A DNA stretch of 61,635 nucleotides, the filler included, from Squatina squatina (lineage: Eukaryota): NCBI GenBank assembly GCA_031763465.1. It is 4 parts of 4 records of this genome, joined end to end, with 100 filler letters (N's around TTAATTAATTAA, not from the genome) between each part and the next. Parts side by side here need not be neighbours in the genome. Positions count along the whole stretch, not along the records: positions 34,042 to 47,218 come from JARFOE010000051.1; positions 47,319 to 61,635 come from JARFOE010000222.1; 2 more parts are not named here. The stretch is one strand, 5' to 3'. Positions 37,020-48,445 of the stretch are shown here, one piece after another. Both the position numbers and the translations under genes were made by a program. The notes beneath the pieces are model-generated. The model was not told where the DNA came from, made no database searches, and saw nothing but the letters and a program-made list of their open reading frames with translations. The number at the start of each line of letters is the position of its first letter. Positions within the stretch are counted from its first letter, which is position 1.

Positions 37020-38961
37020 TGCAAAGTGGAGTTTTTAAATAAAGCAAGAGACTGTAGTCCCTGTTATACTTGAACCTTCAGTACGCATGAAGTAGAGCTC
37101 CTGAACTAGACTCCGAATCAAGTGCTTGTCAGCCTCACGTTTAAGATCAAATTGAAGGATTATTATTTGAGTTAGGTTTTCAATTTCCCTCCAGAGTGGA
37201 TGATGGCAGCGGACAGACAGTGGCCAGTGGGGTNNNNNNNNNNNNNNNNNNNNNNNNNNNNNNNNNNNNNNNNNNNNNNNNNNNNNNNNNNNNNNNNNNN
37301 NNNNNCGGACCTGGCACGCGATGCAATCTGCGAACCTGAATGGCCTGTGGTTCTCTTTGTTCTTCGAACTCTCCTCTGCTCCAGTCTGTGCTGCTGGGGC
37401 CCCTAGGACAGTGTGGTTGTCTTCAGCTTGGTAAAAGGTTTTTTTAAGAAAAAGAAAAGGAACGAAAACATTTAAAATTCCTTTTATTTTGAGAATTGTC
37501 TGTACTAGTTTAAGGAGGTGGCGTTTATCCTCGGTTTAAGAAGCAAGTTTTGTTTTTATGGACGGGTTGGCGTGCAGTTAATGCAGTGCATTGTTTTTGC
37601 ATGTTACACTGTATATCGTATCCTTGATCCCATTTAAAATGGTGCAGTTTTCCAATGGAGCAGAAGAGGAAAAAAACTTTCTTAAAAGACTTTTTTTCAT
37701 GTATGACCTTGAATCTTTTCATCACTTGAGATTCGTTATTGCAAGTTTCACAGTGAATAATTATGTACAAAATATTTTTCCATGTTTCTGACTTGGGTTG
37801 TGTTTGAAGCGCCCTGATTTTCACAGTGAGATATATTCCTACTACAAGGTTCTATAGTTTAGTGTGCTGATATGTACATACACTGCTAATGTAGTTGGTA
37901 AGTTAGTGTTATTCAGTCATTCCATAGGATTCAGGGGAGGGGCAGTGGATGTAAAGTTTTACTGATTCTATTTGTTACAGCTTCAGGAAGTACAGTGCCC
38001 GCCTGAGGCAGCGTGTACTTGATGCCCATCACCGAACATTCAAATGAAGCTCATCCTTAGCCATACAGAAATAAAGCATCAAGAAATCTCTCCTCAACTT
38101 ACTTTCTTTTACTCCAGCTTTTTATTTTGTCAACTGTTCTTTTGGTGTTTTGTTTAATGTGAGAACTGTGACACCTTTTCTTTTCAGCAGCTCTGTGAGC
38201 TCTTGACTTTCTGCAGCCTGCCATTGTGCAGACTTCATCTATACTGTTCATTCCTGGTACGTTCAACAGNNNNNNNNNNNNNNNNNNNNNNNNNNNNNNN
38301 NNNNNNNNNNNNNNNNNNNNNNNNNNNNNNNNNNNNNNNNNNNNNNNNNNNNNNNNNNNNNNNNNNNNNGAGCAAGTGTCACTTGATAGCACTGTCTACG
38401 ACACCTTCCATCACTTTGCTGATGATTGAGAGTAGACTGATGGGGCAGTATATGGCCAGATTGGATATTACATTGGTGCTCAGTACTTTAGGCTGGGAAT
38501 GAGGAGGAATAATTAAGCAGAGTCACAATACCTGATCTTTATCCAGTGGCTCATTGCTGCTTAGCGCATGTCAGTGGACATCGGCCAAGGATAGGATTGG
38601 GTTGCATTGTTATGATTCCTCCAGTCATTTTAGACTGCTGACACTCACCTTCATGGTCTTATCTGAAGATCAGTTCCTTAACTGAGGCAATGAAGGGCAA
38701 TCACCGATAGCAAAGCATGAGTCACTGCATTTAGGATAGAAGAGATAAGGAGATGTAAATTGGAAAGGCGATTGGAGGAGAAAAAATAGACAAGTAAAAG
38801 GGGTAAAAAAAAAACAGAAAAATGTAGATGGATCACTGCATACATAGTACTCCAGTAAATCAGTAACACTGTGTTTTCAGTATTTAATAAGTGTATTCAT
38901 ATCACATTAACAAATCTACTAATCTCAGAAATTCATTTGTAATGATTCTTTCTCTTTCCAG

Positions 38962-39074
38962 CTCCATGCCGAAGACTGGCCTTTCGGGGTGGAAGTATGC
39001 AAGCTAATGCCTTTTATGCAGAAAGCATCGGTTGGCATCACTGTTCTCAGTCTCTGTGCACTCAGTATAGACAG
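38962..39074 (+). CDS. Endothelin receptor type B-like, TM3 exon (113 nt)
   Basis: [37 protein letters not shown](R); ttccag| and |gtaatt (not in the ORF track). Confidence 0.92.
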
Positions 39075-39183
39075 GTAATTTACCACATCAGTCAAACATG
39101 TTTCTCTGTTTGATCTTGCTTGCTACTTGCTATCGAAAGGCATTATAGTTAATGTGGTGTTTCATGGGATCTCCCAATTTCAG

Positions 39184-39388
39184 GTATCGAGCAGTAGCAT
39201 CTTGGAGTCGAATTCAAGGGATCAGAGTTCCTATGTGGACCATGATTGAAATCATACTCATCTGGGTAGTGTCGGTTATTTTGGCAGTTCCTGAAACCAT
39301 AGCCTTTGATCTGGTAACCATGGACTATCGAGGCAAGAAATACAGTGTCTGCTTGCTTCATCCCATTCAGAAAACTAAATTTATGCAG
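39184..39388 (+). CDS. Endothelin receptor type B-like, TM4-ECL2 exon (205 nt)
   Basis: [68 protein letters not shown]; tttcag| and |gtaaga. Confidence 0.92.
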
Positions 39389-40316
39389 GTAAGAGGTTCC
39401 ATCATTTCTGTTTATTGATGAAATTCGGTCATGTTGATGGATACACTTTCCTGATCAGCTTGGGCTGAGCAGTGTGTGCAGATGTTTTAGTTTGCAGCGG
39501 GATACAAAACTGACAATACATCAGGTGAAATTACTTTACAAAGCTATTCCAAATTAACTAAATAGACTGTAACATTGAGTGCATTAATAAAAACACAGCA
39601 TGGGAAAAGCTGAAAGACAGTTTCGTGGTTCAGGTATAGACTCTTCATTCGAACTGACGATGTTTAAACTGGAGACCCAATCTGGTGAAGGTTCCACACC
39701 CAAAATATAATCTGTCTTTTTTCGTTTTAGGTGCTGATGCACTCGCTGTGTGTCTCCAGTATTTGGAGTTTTACATTTTGCCTATACATTGAAATTGGTA
39801 CTATTTTATAAATATTTCTAGGGTGATGGATGACATATTCTTCATGGAAGTTGAACAAAATGTATAATCTGAGGGTAACCGCGAGGTACAGTTGATTCGC
39901 ACACTCTTGTTTCGCTTCAGTTTGAATGCATATCAGATTTGTACAATGGAGAGTCTCTTTCTCTCCATCAGGCGAACTGTGAAGTGAATTTGCAGAGTCT
40001 TAAACCAGGTCACAATGGCTCTGAGTCCACAATACAAAAACTGTCCAAAATTAATATAAATTTACACACAACTGCTGCGGTGTGTGACGCAGACAGTTGG
40101 AAAGACAGGGGGTGAAGATCAAAGTTATTTATTCAGCGCAGTAAATGATTTGTTTTTACTTTTTTACTTTATGCTATACTTGACCCAAGAGTGTTTCATT
40201 TTAACAGTGGGAGCCGNNNNNNNNNNNNNNNNNNNNNNNNNNNNNNNNNNNNNNNNNNNNNNNNNNNNNNNNNNNNNNNNNNNNNNNNNNNNNNNNNNNN
40301 NNNNNNNNNNNNNNNN

Positions 40317-40532
40317 GTAAGTGCTGCTTGATAGCACTAGCGATGACACTTTCCATCACTTTGCTGATGATTGAGAGTAGACTGATGTGGGCAGTAATTG
40401 GCTGGATTAAACTTGTCCTGCTCTTTGTGGACAGGATATGCCTGGGCAATTCTCCACATTGTTGGGTAGATGCCAATGTTGTAGCTGTACTGGAACAGTT
40501 TGGCTAGAGGCACGGCTAGTTCTGGAGCAACT
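40317..40532 (-). mobile_element. LINE (CR1/L2 group) reverse transcriptase N-terminal fragment
   Basis: APELAVPLAKLFQYSYNIGIYPTMWRIAQAYPVHK..NPANY / ISLLSIISKVME; a related piece lies at 38370-38465. Confidence 0.85.
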
Positions 40533-41664
40533 TGCTCGGGCAAAAGGGAACACAAGATATTGGCTTCTATGATGGCTCAGTGGGCAAAGTCAAAGAGAGG
40601 TTCAGCCATGCAACCAGAAAGGTCAAAAGTTCAATTCTGCTCTGTACTGTTAGCCAATCTCAGCTGGGATGACAGTAGCGACACAAAAATTCTCCTCAGA
40701 AACCTGGGATTCCTTCTCCAGCTTGCTTTCAAGTTTCCTTCCGACTCCCCACCCCCACCACCCCCTATTGAATTGCACACATGGACACCAGCTGAGGGCA
40801 GGATCAGGCTAGGTTGCGGTGCTCCCATAGCGCAGTGCTCCACTGACATTCACTGCCTGACAAATGTATGAAGAGTAACTACTTGGAAAAGATACTGCAG
40901 GACGACAAATATTTGTGGAAACTGGAAATAATTAAACAAGTTTCTAAGACGTCCTGCAAGGTGTGTCATAGGTTAGTCAGGAATTGTTTCCAGAACCTGA
41001 AGCACCTTAAGCTTTCCCTTCCATTTAGAACAATGTGGGGGGCCTGCAAACTCTNNNNNNNNNNNNNNNNNNNNNNNNNNNNNNNNNNNNNNNNNNNNNN
41101 NNNNNNNNNNNNNNNNNNNNNNNNNNNNNNNNNNNNNNNNNNNNNNNNNNNNNNTAATCTATAGAATGAACTGAATTTAGAAATGCATTGCAAACTATTC
41201 CACAGCAAAGATATTAAGTTGAGTGGTGGGAGCATTCGAGTCCAATGAAGCAGTCAAAGAACTTCAGAAAGACCTAGCCAAAATTTGCAAGTGGGTAGAA
41301 CTAAGGCAGAGAAAATTCAATAAGTGTAATACATGGAAGAAAAAAACGGGCATGCTTAAAGTATGACATCAAACTAGTTTGGAGAATGAGTTTGAGAATG
41401 ACACACTCAACACTTACCATGTCAACTCACTGCAACAAGACAAACAAAATAGTGTCAAATCAGTACAGTACAAATATCAGTGTGATATACAAGCTATACA
41501 ATGCTCTGGTTAGATGGAATAAGTAATGTATTCAGCTCTGGTCACCAAGGCACAAAGAAAACATCGAAGCCCTGAAAAGACTAATCCCTAGTGGTAGACA
41601 GCTGGGTTATGAAGATTAGAAAAACTAACTTCAGCCTTGAAAACAAGCAAATGAGAGGAAGAGT

Positions 41665-42478
41665 GAGGCACAGTGGGTAGCACTCTCACCGGAGCCAGAA
41701 GATAGTGGGTTCAAGTCTCACTCCAGAGACTTGAGCGCAAAATCTAGGCAGACACTCCAGTGCAGTACTGAGGGAGCGCTGCACTGTCAGAGATGCCATC
41801 TTTCGGATGAGACTTTAAAACGGAGACCTTGCCTGTTCTCTCAGGTGGGCATTGAAGAGCCGGGGGAGTTTTCCTCCGTGTCCTGGGGCCAAATATTTCT
41901 CCCTCAACCAACATCACTAAAACAGATCGAANNNNNNNNNNNNNNNNNNNNNNNNNNNNNNNNNNNNNNNNNNNNNNNNNNNNNNNNNNNNNNNNNNNNN
42001 NNNNNNNNNNNNNNNNNNNNNNNNNNNNNNNCCACTCCAGGTGCCAGTGGATAGTGATCAGGAGTGAAAGCCAGAGCTGATTTTTTTCCCTCTTCCTGAG
42101 CCATCTGAGCTCAGCTAACACAGCATAGGCCAGGGATTGAGGGAGTGCTGCACTGTCAGAGGTGCCGTCTTTCAGATGAGACGTTAAACCGTCTGCCCTC
42201 TCAGGTGGACGTAAGAGATCCCGTGATACTATTCCGAAGAAGAGCAAGGGAGATCTCACCAGTGTCCTGGTCAATATTTATCCCTCAACCAACATCAGAT
42301 CATCGAGTAATCATCACATTACTGTTGGCGGGACCTTGCTGTGCGCAAATTGGCTGCTACGTTTGCTACATCACAACAGTGGCAACACTTCAAAAGTGCT
42401 TAATTGGCGGTAAAGCACTTTTGGACATCCTGAGGTCATGAAAGGTGCTATATAAATGCAAGTTTTTTCTTTCTTTCT
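41665..42478 (+). mobile_element. Deu-domain SINE pieces (41665-41931 and 42140-42478)
   Basis: tRNA head 'ggcacagtgggtagcactctc...gggttcaagtc', Deu body, tail 'aaaggtgctatataaatgcaag'. Confidence 0.85.
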
Positions 42479-43562
42479 ATTAAAGTAGACAACAGGAACA
42501 GATTTTAGAGGGTTTCTAAAGGGAAGAGATTAAGGAACACGGGGAGAAGCTGGACAGGTGGCATTCACCTGGGAAGAAAAGACACTTGTTGGGCTTAATG
42601 ATCTTTTCCTGTTTCTAAAAATTCTCATGTTTTTGTTTTCTCTCCTGGTCCTTTAACCTTGTTGGTCTTGGCCCTTCACCTTGGTTCCCTCGTGCAGAAA
42701 TGTTGCCACGGGATGTTTTCTTGCTCTTGGTTGCACTTTCACGGGGAGGTGCTGAGAGAGGCCAGGCTCAAACTCCACAGGGAGGCCTGAACTATTTAGA
42801 GACAGACTAAGCCGCAGGGTCATCGGGGATGTACCTTCTTGGAGCTAGCTGAAGCAGTGTTGACGGAGCTTGAAAGCCGGCAGTCTGTCCACACACCCAG
42901 TGGGGTGCGGTAGAGACTACCTGAGCGAAAGGAAAATTAAAGGGGGAACAATCATCTTAAAAGGAAAATGAATACACTTATAATCCATTGGGTATCACCC
43001 AGGACAGACTACGCACGCAACGTTAAAAAAAAATTCATTGATTATAAATGAGTTTGCCTTCAGCTGAAATGAGGGGAAGGGGTGAAATGATTACCGTTGC
43101 CCATTTAAGCGGCAATTGCCTCATACCCTGTGGTTGGAGCTGTACAATTTTCTGCTGAAGCTCAGCAAAGGGACCCAACCATTTGCAAAAACATTTCCAT
43201 AGAAAAACTATCCGTTGTTTGACTCTTTCAGCTGACCTGCTGAATTTATTTCTCTCAGCTTCTTGCATTGCCCTAGGGACGGGATGAGAGAGCAAGAGGT
43301 GAAGAGNNNNNNNNNNNNNNNNNNNNNNNNNNNNNNNNNNNNNNNNNNNNNNNNNNNNNNNNNNNNNNNNNNNNNNNNNNNNNNNNNNNNNNNNNNNNNN
43401 NNNNNNTCTGGAGTAGGACTCAAACCCACAACCCTCAGAGGTGAGCGTGCCCCCTTCACTGAGTCCCAGGGTGGGCAGAGAGGCAGTGGGATCTGTGGGC
43501 TGCTGTTTGGCGTTGTTGTGACCCGTTACTGACCCTCTTCTCTTCGCTCTCTCCCTCCACAG

Positions 43563-44011
43563 TTGAGCTTCTTGGACCCCGATGATCTGAGTGCCTTTAA
43601 CCCCAAGCTGGATTGCCGAACAGTCAGGCCACCAGCCGGATTCCGCAGACACTCCACCAGCCTCCTGCCGACGGGCAGCTCCAAACCCCAGCCAGCACCC
43701 CTCACCGACAGCTGCTGGCGGATGCCCCTCGACCCCACCCAGCTGAGGAGCCTGCAGCAGTCGCTGGGTCTCAGCCGCTGCCTGAGCGACAGCGACTCGC
43801 TGGAGGATGCCTTCAAACCGGACCACCACCAGCAGCAGAAGCAGCAGCAGCAGCCATCTCCCCGCTACAAGACCGAGCTGTGCCGGCCCTTCCAGGAGAA
43901 CGGCTTCTGCCGCTACGGAGACAAGTGTCAGTTCGCCCACGGCCTCGGGGAGCTGCGGCTCCTAAGCCGCCACCCCAAGTACAAGACTGAGCTGTGCCGC
44001 ACCTTCCACAC
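43563..44011 (+). CDS. TIS11/ZFP36-family tandem CCCH zinc-finger protein, main exon (3'-truncated by a gap)
   Basis: ccacag| acceptor; [49 protein letters not shown]; GFRRHSTS motif. Paralog identity unresolved (ZFP36 by linkage to PAF1). Confidence 0.93.
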
Positions 44012-44111
44012 NNNNNNNNNNNNNNNNNNNNNNNNNNNNNNNNNNNNNNNNNNNNNNNNNNNNNNNNNNNNNNNNNNNNNNNNNNNNNNNNNNNNNNNNN
44101 NNNNNNNNNNN

Positions 44112-44740
44112 GCTACCTTTTTAATATTTATATGCCTAAAGAAGACTCTTGGATTATCTCTTATGTTAGCTGCCATTCTATTCTCATATCCTCTCTTTGC
44201 CCTCTTATTTTCTTTTTCACTTCTTCTCTGACCTTTCTATATATCGCCTGATTCTCAGATGTATTGGCAACCTGACATCTGTCATAAGCACTCTTTTTCT
44301 ACTTCATCATATTCTCTATCTGCTTCATCATCCAGGGAGCCCTGAATTTAGTTGTCCTGCCTTTTCCTCCAGTAGGAATGCACCTCAACTGTACCTGAAC
44401 TATCTCCTCTTTAAAGACAGCGCATTGTTCCATTACAGTTTTGCCTGCCAATCTTTGTTTGCAGTTTACCTGGGCCAGAACTCTTCTCATCCCACTGAAA
44501 TTGGCCACCCCCACAGTTAAACATTTTCACTCTGGATTGCTCCTTGTCCTTTTCCATAGCAAATCTAAACCTTATGATACTATGATCACTGTTCATCTAC
44601 TGACACTTGCTCTACTTGACCTACCTGATTCCCCAGAACCAGATCCAGCAATGCCTTCTCCCTCGTTGGGCCGGAAGCGTACTGATCAAGAAAGTTCTCC
44701 TGAACGCACCTCAGAAATTCTTCCCCTTCGCTGCCCTTAA
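44112..44740 (-). mobile_element. CR1 endonuclease-to-linker fragment
   Basis: EFLRCVQENFLDQYASGPTREKALLDLVLGN; SDHSIIRF; NPRVFFRHINIK. Confidence 0.9.
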
Positions 44741-45442
44741 TACTATTATGGTAGGCTACTACAATGGTATTTAATCCTCCTCTCCCGCGTTGGTTTGCTT
44801 CTTGCCACCCTGGGGTAAGGTTCCACCACTGGCAGACGCTCTCCAGTTCCTTGCAAAAAAAAAAAATGAAGAGGAATGGCATCTCTCAGCATTGATGGCC
44901 GCTGGTTGGAACTTACACTGACCTTAGCAGGAACAGAGCAGAGAGTATGCCCGAACCTGTTGAGTTACTTGTGAAAATTATTATCGCTTGATGCAGACTC
45001 TTTCTGATCTTGCCAGGAATTGGTAATGGGTAGTGATGAAGCACATTAACACCTCAGGATGCACCATGCAGAGGAGCTAGCGGCAGAGGTAGTTTGAAAT
45101 ATAACCGTCCCAACAGTTTTCAGTGTAATTTCAGCTCGATGAGCGTAAAATGAAATCACAACCGTGTTCACAGCAATCAGCCACATGAATTGTTTCTGCA
45201 CTCTACAATCCCTCAGAGACTGGCTTTCATCCTGTTCCATTACTGTAATGCTGTTCTGTAATATACCTTCATACATCAAATACACAGTAACATTGCATTG
45301 GCAATAAACTGTGCTTTTCTCTTTTTAAAAGTTATTAAAATAAATTACAGTAAAAATCTAGCTGCAGATGTAATTCAGAATAATGTAACAGGGCAGCTCA
45401 GAAAATACAAAGCTTAAAGATTAGGTTACATCAGTCATACAA

Positions 45443-45555
45443 AAGTGAAATACTGCGGATGCTGGAAATCTGAAATATAAACAGAAAATGCTGGAAATAC
45501 TCGGCAGGTCAGCCAGCATCTGTAGAGAGAGAAACAGAGTTAACGATTCAGACCG
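45443..45555 (-). mobile_element. Penelope-like terminal fragment
   Basis: Close match to 18086-18200. Confidence 0.6.
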
Positions 45556-45686
45556 NNNNNNNNNNNNNNNNNNNNNNNNNNNNNNNNNNNNNNNNNNNNN
45601 NNNNNNNNNNNNNNNNNNNNNNNNNNNNNNNNNNNNNNNNNNNNNNNNNNNNNNNTGCAGGCAGCCAGCTCAGGGTTGAGCTCTGT

Positions 45687-46126
45687 TCAGTCGCTCTCGC
45701 TGCCACTTCCCTCATTCTCGCTCGAATCTGTACCCTGCTCACTGCCACTTTGCACAGGGCGTTGGTTCTCGTTGTCAGAATGCTCGCTGCCACTGTTGGA
45801 GGCGCTCCTGCTGCGGCTGCGGCTCCTGCTCCTGCTCCTGCGCTCTTCCTCCTCGCTCTGCTGCTCGTCGTCACTGCCACTGTCCTCCTGGCCGCTCTCG
45901 TCCTGCTGATCCTCGTTGTCACTGTCATCGTCACTGCCGAAGATCTCCTCCTTATCGCGGGCTTCGCGAGCCTGCCGCTCGTCCCCGCTGTTGCTTTCCG
46001 CATCGCTCCCACTCTTGTTGCTTGCTTTGTCCTCCTCTTTGTCCTCTTCCCGCTCACTTTCACTCCCCGAGTGCTCGTCCACACTGAGTGCCTTCTCACT
46101 GCCACTTTCTCTGTCTTTCTCATCAT
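45687..46126 (-). CDS. PAF1: RNA polymerase II-associated factor 1, terminal exon
   Basis: DEHSGSESERE...EARDKEEIFGSD...RSRSRS...GSEHS...SESD*; acceptor tttctcttcatcag. Confidence 0.92.
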
Positions 46127-46546
46127 CTGATGAAGAGAAACAATGCAGGAGTTAGATGGAGACCACAGATCCCATGACACTGCCCCAATCTCCCACACTG
46201 AGCATGGGTGACAATCCCCTGCAGGATCGGAACTCAATGCACAAAAAGCAGGTGTTGTAACCCTAAAGTATTATTAGAAACAACAAAAACCACANNNNNN
46301 NNNNNNNNNNNNNNNNNNNNNNNNNNNNNNNNNNNNNNNNNNNNNNNNNNNNNNNNNNNNNNNNNNNNNNNNNNNNNNNNNNNNNNNNNNNNNNTAATGC
46401 CCTATTGTTTTTGCACTCAAATGAGTTGCAATGAGGTAAGCTCACTGTTTGGACCTCAGAATTTCTGCAATTTGCAGCCTGAAGGCACTAAATCCAACAG
46501 CTCCCGACCTCTTCCCTTACACCAGAAGCAGGTTGGAGCGCCTCAC

Positions 46547-46650
46547 CTGATCATAGCTTGGGACATCATCTCCACGGCTCCTGGACCAGCGATCTCTTTA
46601 GGTGCTGGGTCGGAGTCGAATATGACCTGTGCACACGGGTTAATCCACAT
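46547..46650 (-). CDS. PAF1: PAF1 internal exon (104 nt)
   Basis: [34 protein letters not shown](R); ttccatag| and |gtgagg (not in the ORF track). Confidence 0.93.
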
Positions 46651-46744
46651 CTATGGAAAGGAGAAAGAAATGGAGATTTGAAACCATCCACAACAATCCT
46701 AATGGAAGTGGAGCAGAATTGCTAGCATTCCTTAACCATGAGCA

Positions 46745-47218
46745 TCATAGGAACAGGCCATTTAGCCCCTCCAGCCTGTCCCGCTATTCAATGAGATAAT
46801 GGCTGATCTGCCATCGAACTCCATAACCTTTGCCCCATATCCTGTAATACCTTTGGATAACAAAAATCTATCGATCTCAGATTTAAAATTAACAATTGAC
46901 CCAGCATCAATTGCTGTTTGCGGAAGAGAGTTCCAAACTTCTACCACCCTGTGTATAGAAGTGTTTTCTAATTTCACTTCTGAAAGGTCTGGCTCTAATT
47001 TCTAGTCCCCAACCAGCAAAAATAGTTTCTCTCTCTCTCTACCTCATCTGTTCCCCTTAATATCTGGAAAATTCGATCAAATCACCCCTTAAACTTTCTA
47101 AATTCTGGGGAATACAACCCTAATTTATGTAATCTCTCCTCGTAATTGAACCCTTGAAGTGGGGTAACATTTTGGCAAACCTATGCTGCATTCCCAAAGC
47201 CAATATATCCTTCCTAAG
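46745..47218 (-). mobile_element. CR1-type LINE 3' end
   Basis: RVVEVWNSLPQTAIDAGSIVNFKSEIDRFL. Confidence 0.88.
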
Positions 47219-47262
47219 NNNNNNNNNNNNNNNNNNNNNNNNNNNNNNNNNNNNNNNNNNNN

Positions 47263-47274
47263 TTAATTAATTAA
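47263..47274. other. Artificial scaffold linker TTAATTAATTAA
   Basis: Same spacer within an N run. Confidence 0.97.
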
Positions 47275-48330
47275 NNNNNNNNNNNNNNNNNNNNNNNNNN
47301 NNNNNNNNNNNNNNNNNNTTCCACATACTGCTGAGCACTCCAATATATGATGGTATGACTTAAAACATTGTGGCATGAATCATTTCTTTCACTTGTGGAA
47401 GAATGCTCACATGATGAGGAAATAACTTTTTCTGTCCTTTTACAGAAGAAATGGAGGGGGGGCGTGGGAAGAGATCAAAGTATTTCCTCCGGCATTGTTA
47501 ACGTGCTTCGTGAACTTGCACAGACAAAACAAAAAAACCATGTGAAAAAAAAATCAACATACAATGCAGCTTGAAAATCCTATTCCTCCCAGTCTTGGGC
47601 TGATGTAATTCCACACACCAATACTGCCTCGTCTGATTCTCTGACCCACTGCAAGCTCCAGGAAAAACAGTGGTATCCCAATAACGAGCAACAAAATCAA
47701 ATACGGCACAAGGTAGGCACCTGAAGAAGAGAAAACATGGTTTTATAACCTGCCATCACCGTCTCACATCAAATCTTTGCACAACTCAGTCTGAGCTGAT
47801 ATTTTGATTCATCAATTTTGTGACATAAATTGGTGGAGGTTTATTAAGCTCCGATTTTCATACCTTTCTTTCACATAGATGTGTTTTCCACCAATATTAA
47901 CAGCCACTGAATTTAACACACAGCTATTCAAACGGACATACATTCGTTCATCTGCTTTTCTTTAACTGCGTGCATAACATTTCATAAATGTGGAAGCAAG
48001 CCTTATAGTTCAAAGCAAAGGATGGAGTCATTATGAAATGCCTGTGTCACTATAGGATAAGTGATGTTCATGATACACTTCTTAGGCTTAGTTGTGATCA
48101 CAAAAACATCAGTTCCAATTAAATTATTAGACATGGCTACACATAAATTTGAGATTGGAATGCAGACGTTAATCCTAAAAGTAATTATGCTTAATTACAA
48201 GATAAATCAAGTTTTCTAAATTTCAAACCCNNNNNNNNNNNNNNNNNNNNNNNNNNNNNNNNNNNNNNNNNNNNNNNNNNNNNNNNNNNNNNNNNNNNNN
48301 NNNNNNNNNNNNNNNNNNNNNNNNNNNNNN

Positions 48331-48445
48331 TTATATGTTTCAATGAGATCACCTCTCATTCTTCTAAACTCCAGAGAGTATAGGCCCAATCTACTCAATC
48401 TCTCCTCGTAGGACAACCCTCTCACCCCAGGGATCAATCTAGTGT
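48331..48445 (-). mobile_element. CR1 fragment
   Basis: IPGVRGLSYEERLSRLGLYSLEFRRMRGDLIETY. Confidence 0.9.

Noticed and set aside
43035-43940. 301-aa minus-strand ORF
   Set aside because: Antisense shadow of the GC-rich zinc-finger exon, extended through an N gap.
45548-46237. Long overlapping ORFs around the PAF1 terminal exon
   Set aside because: Alternative frames of a low-complexity Ser/Asp/Glu coding region.
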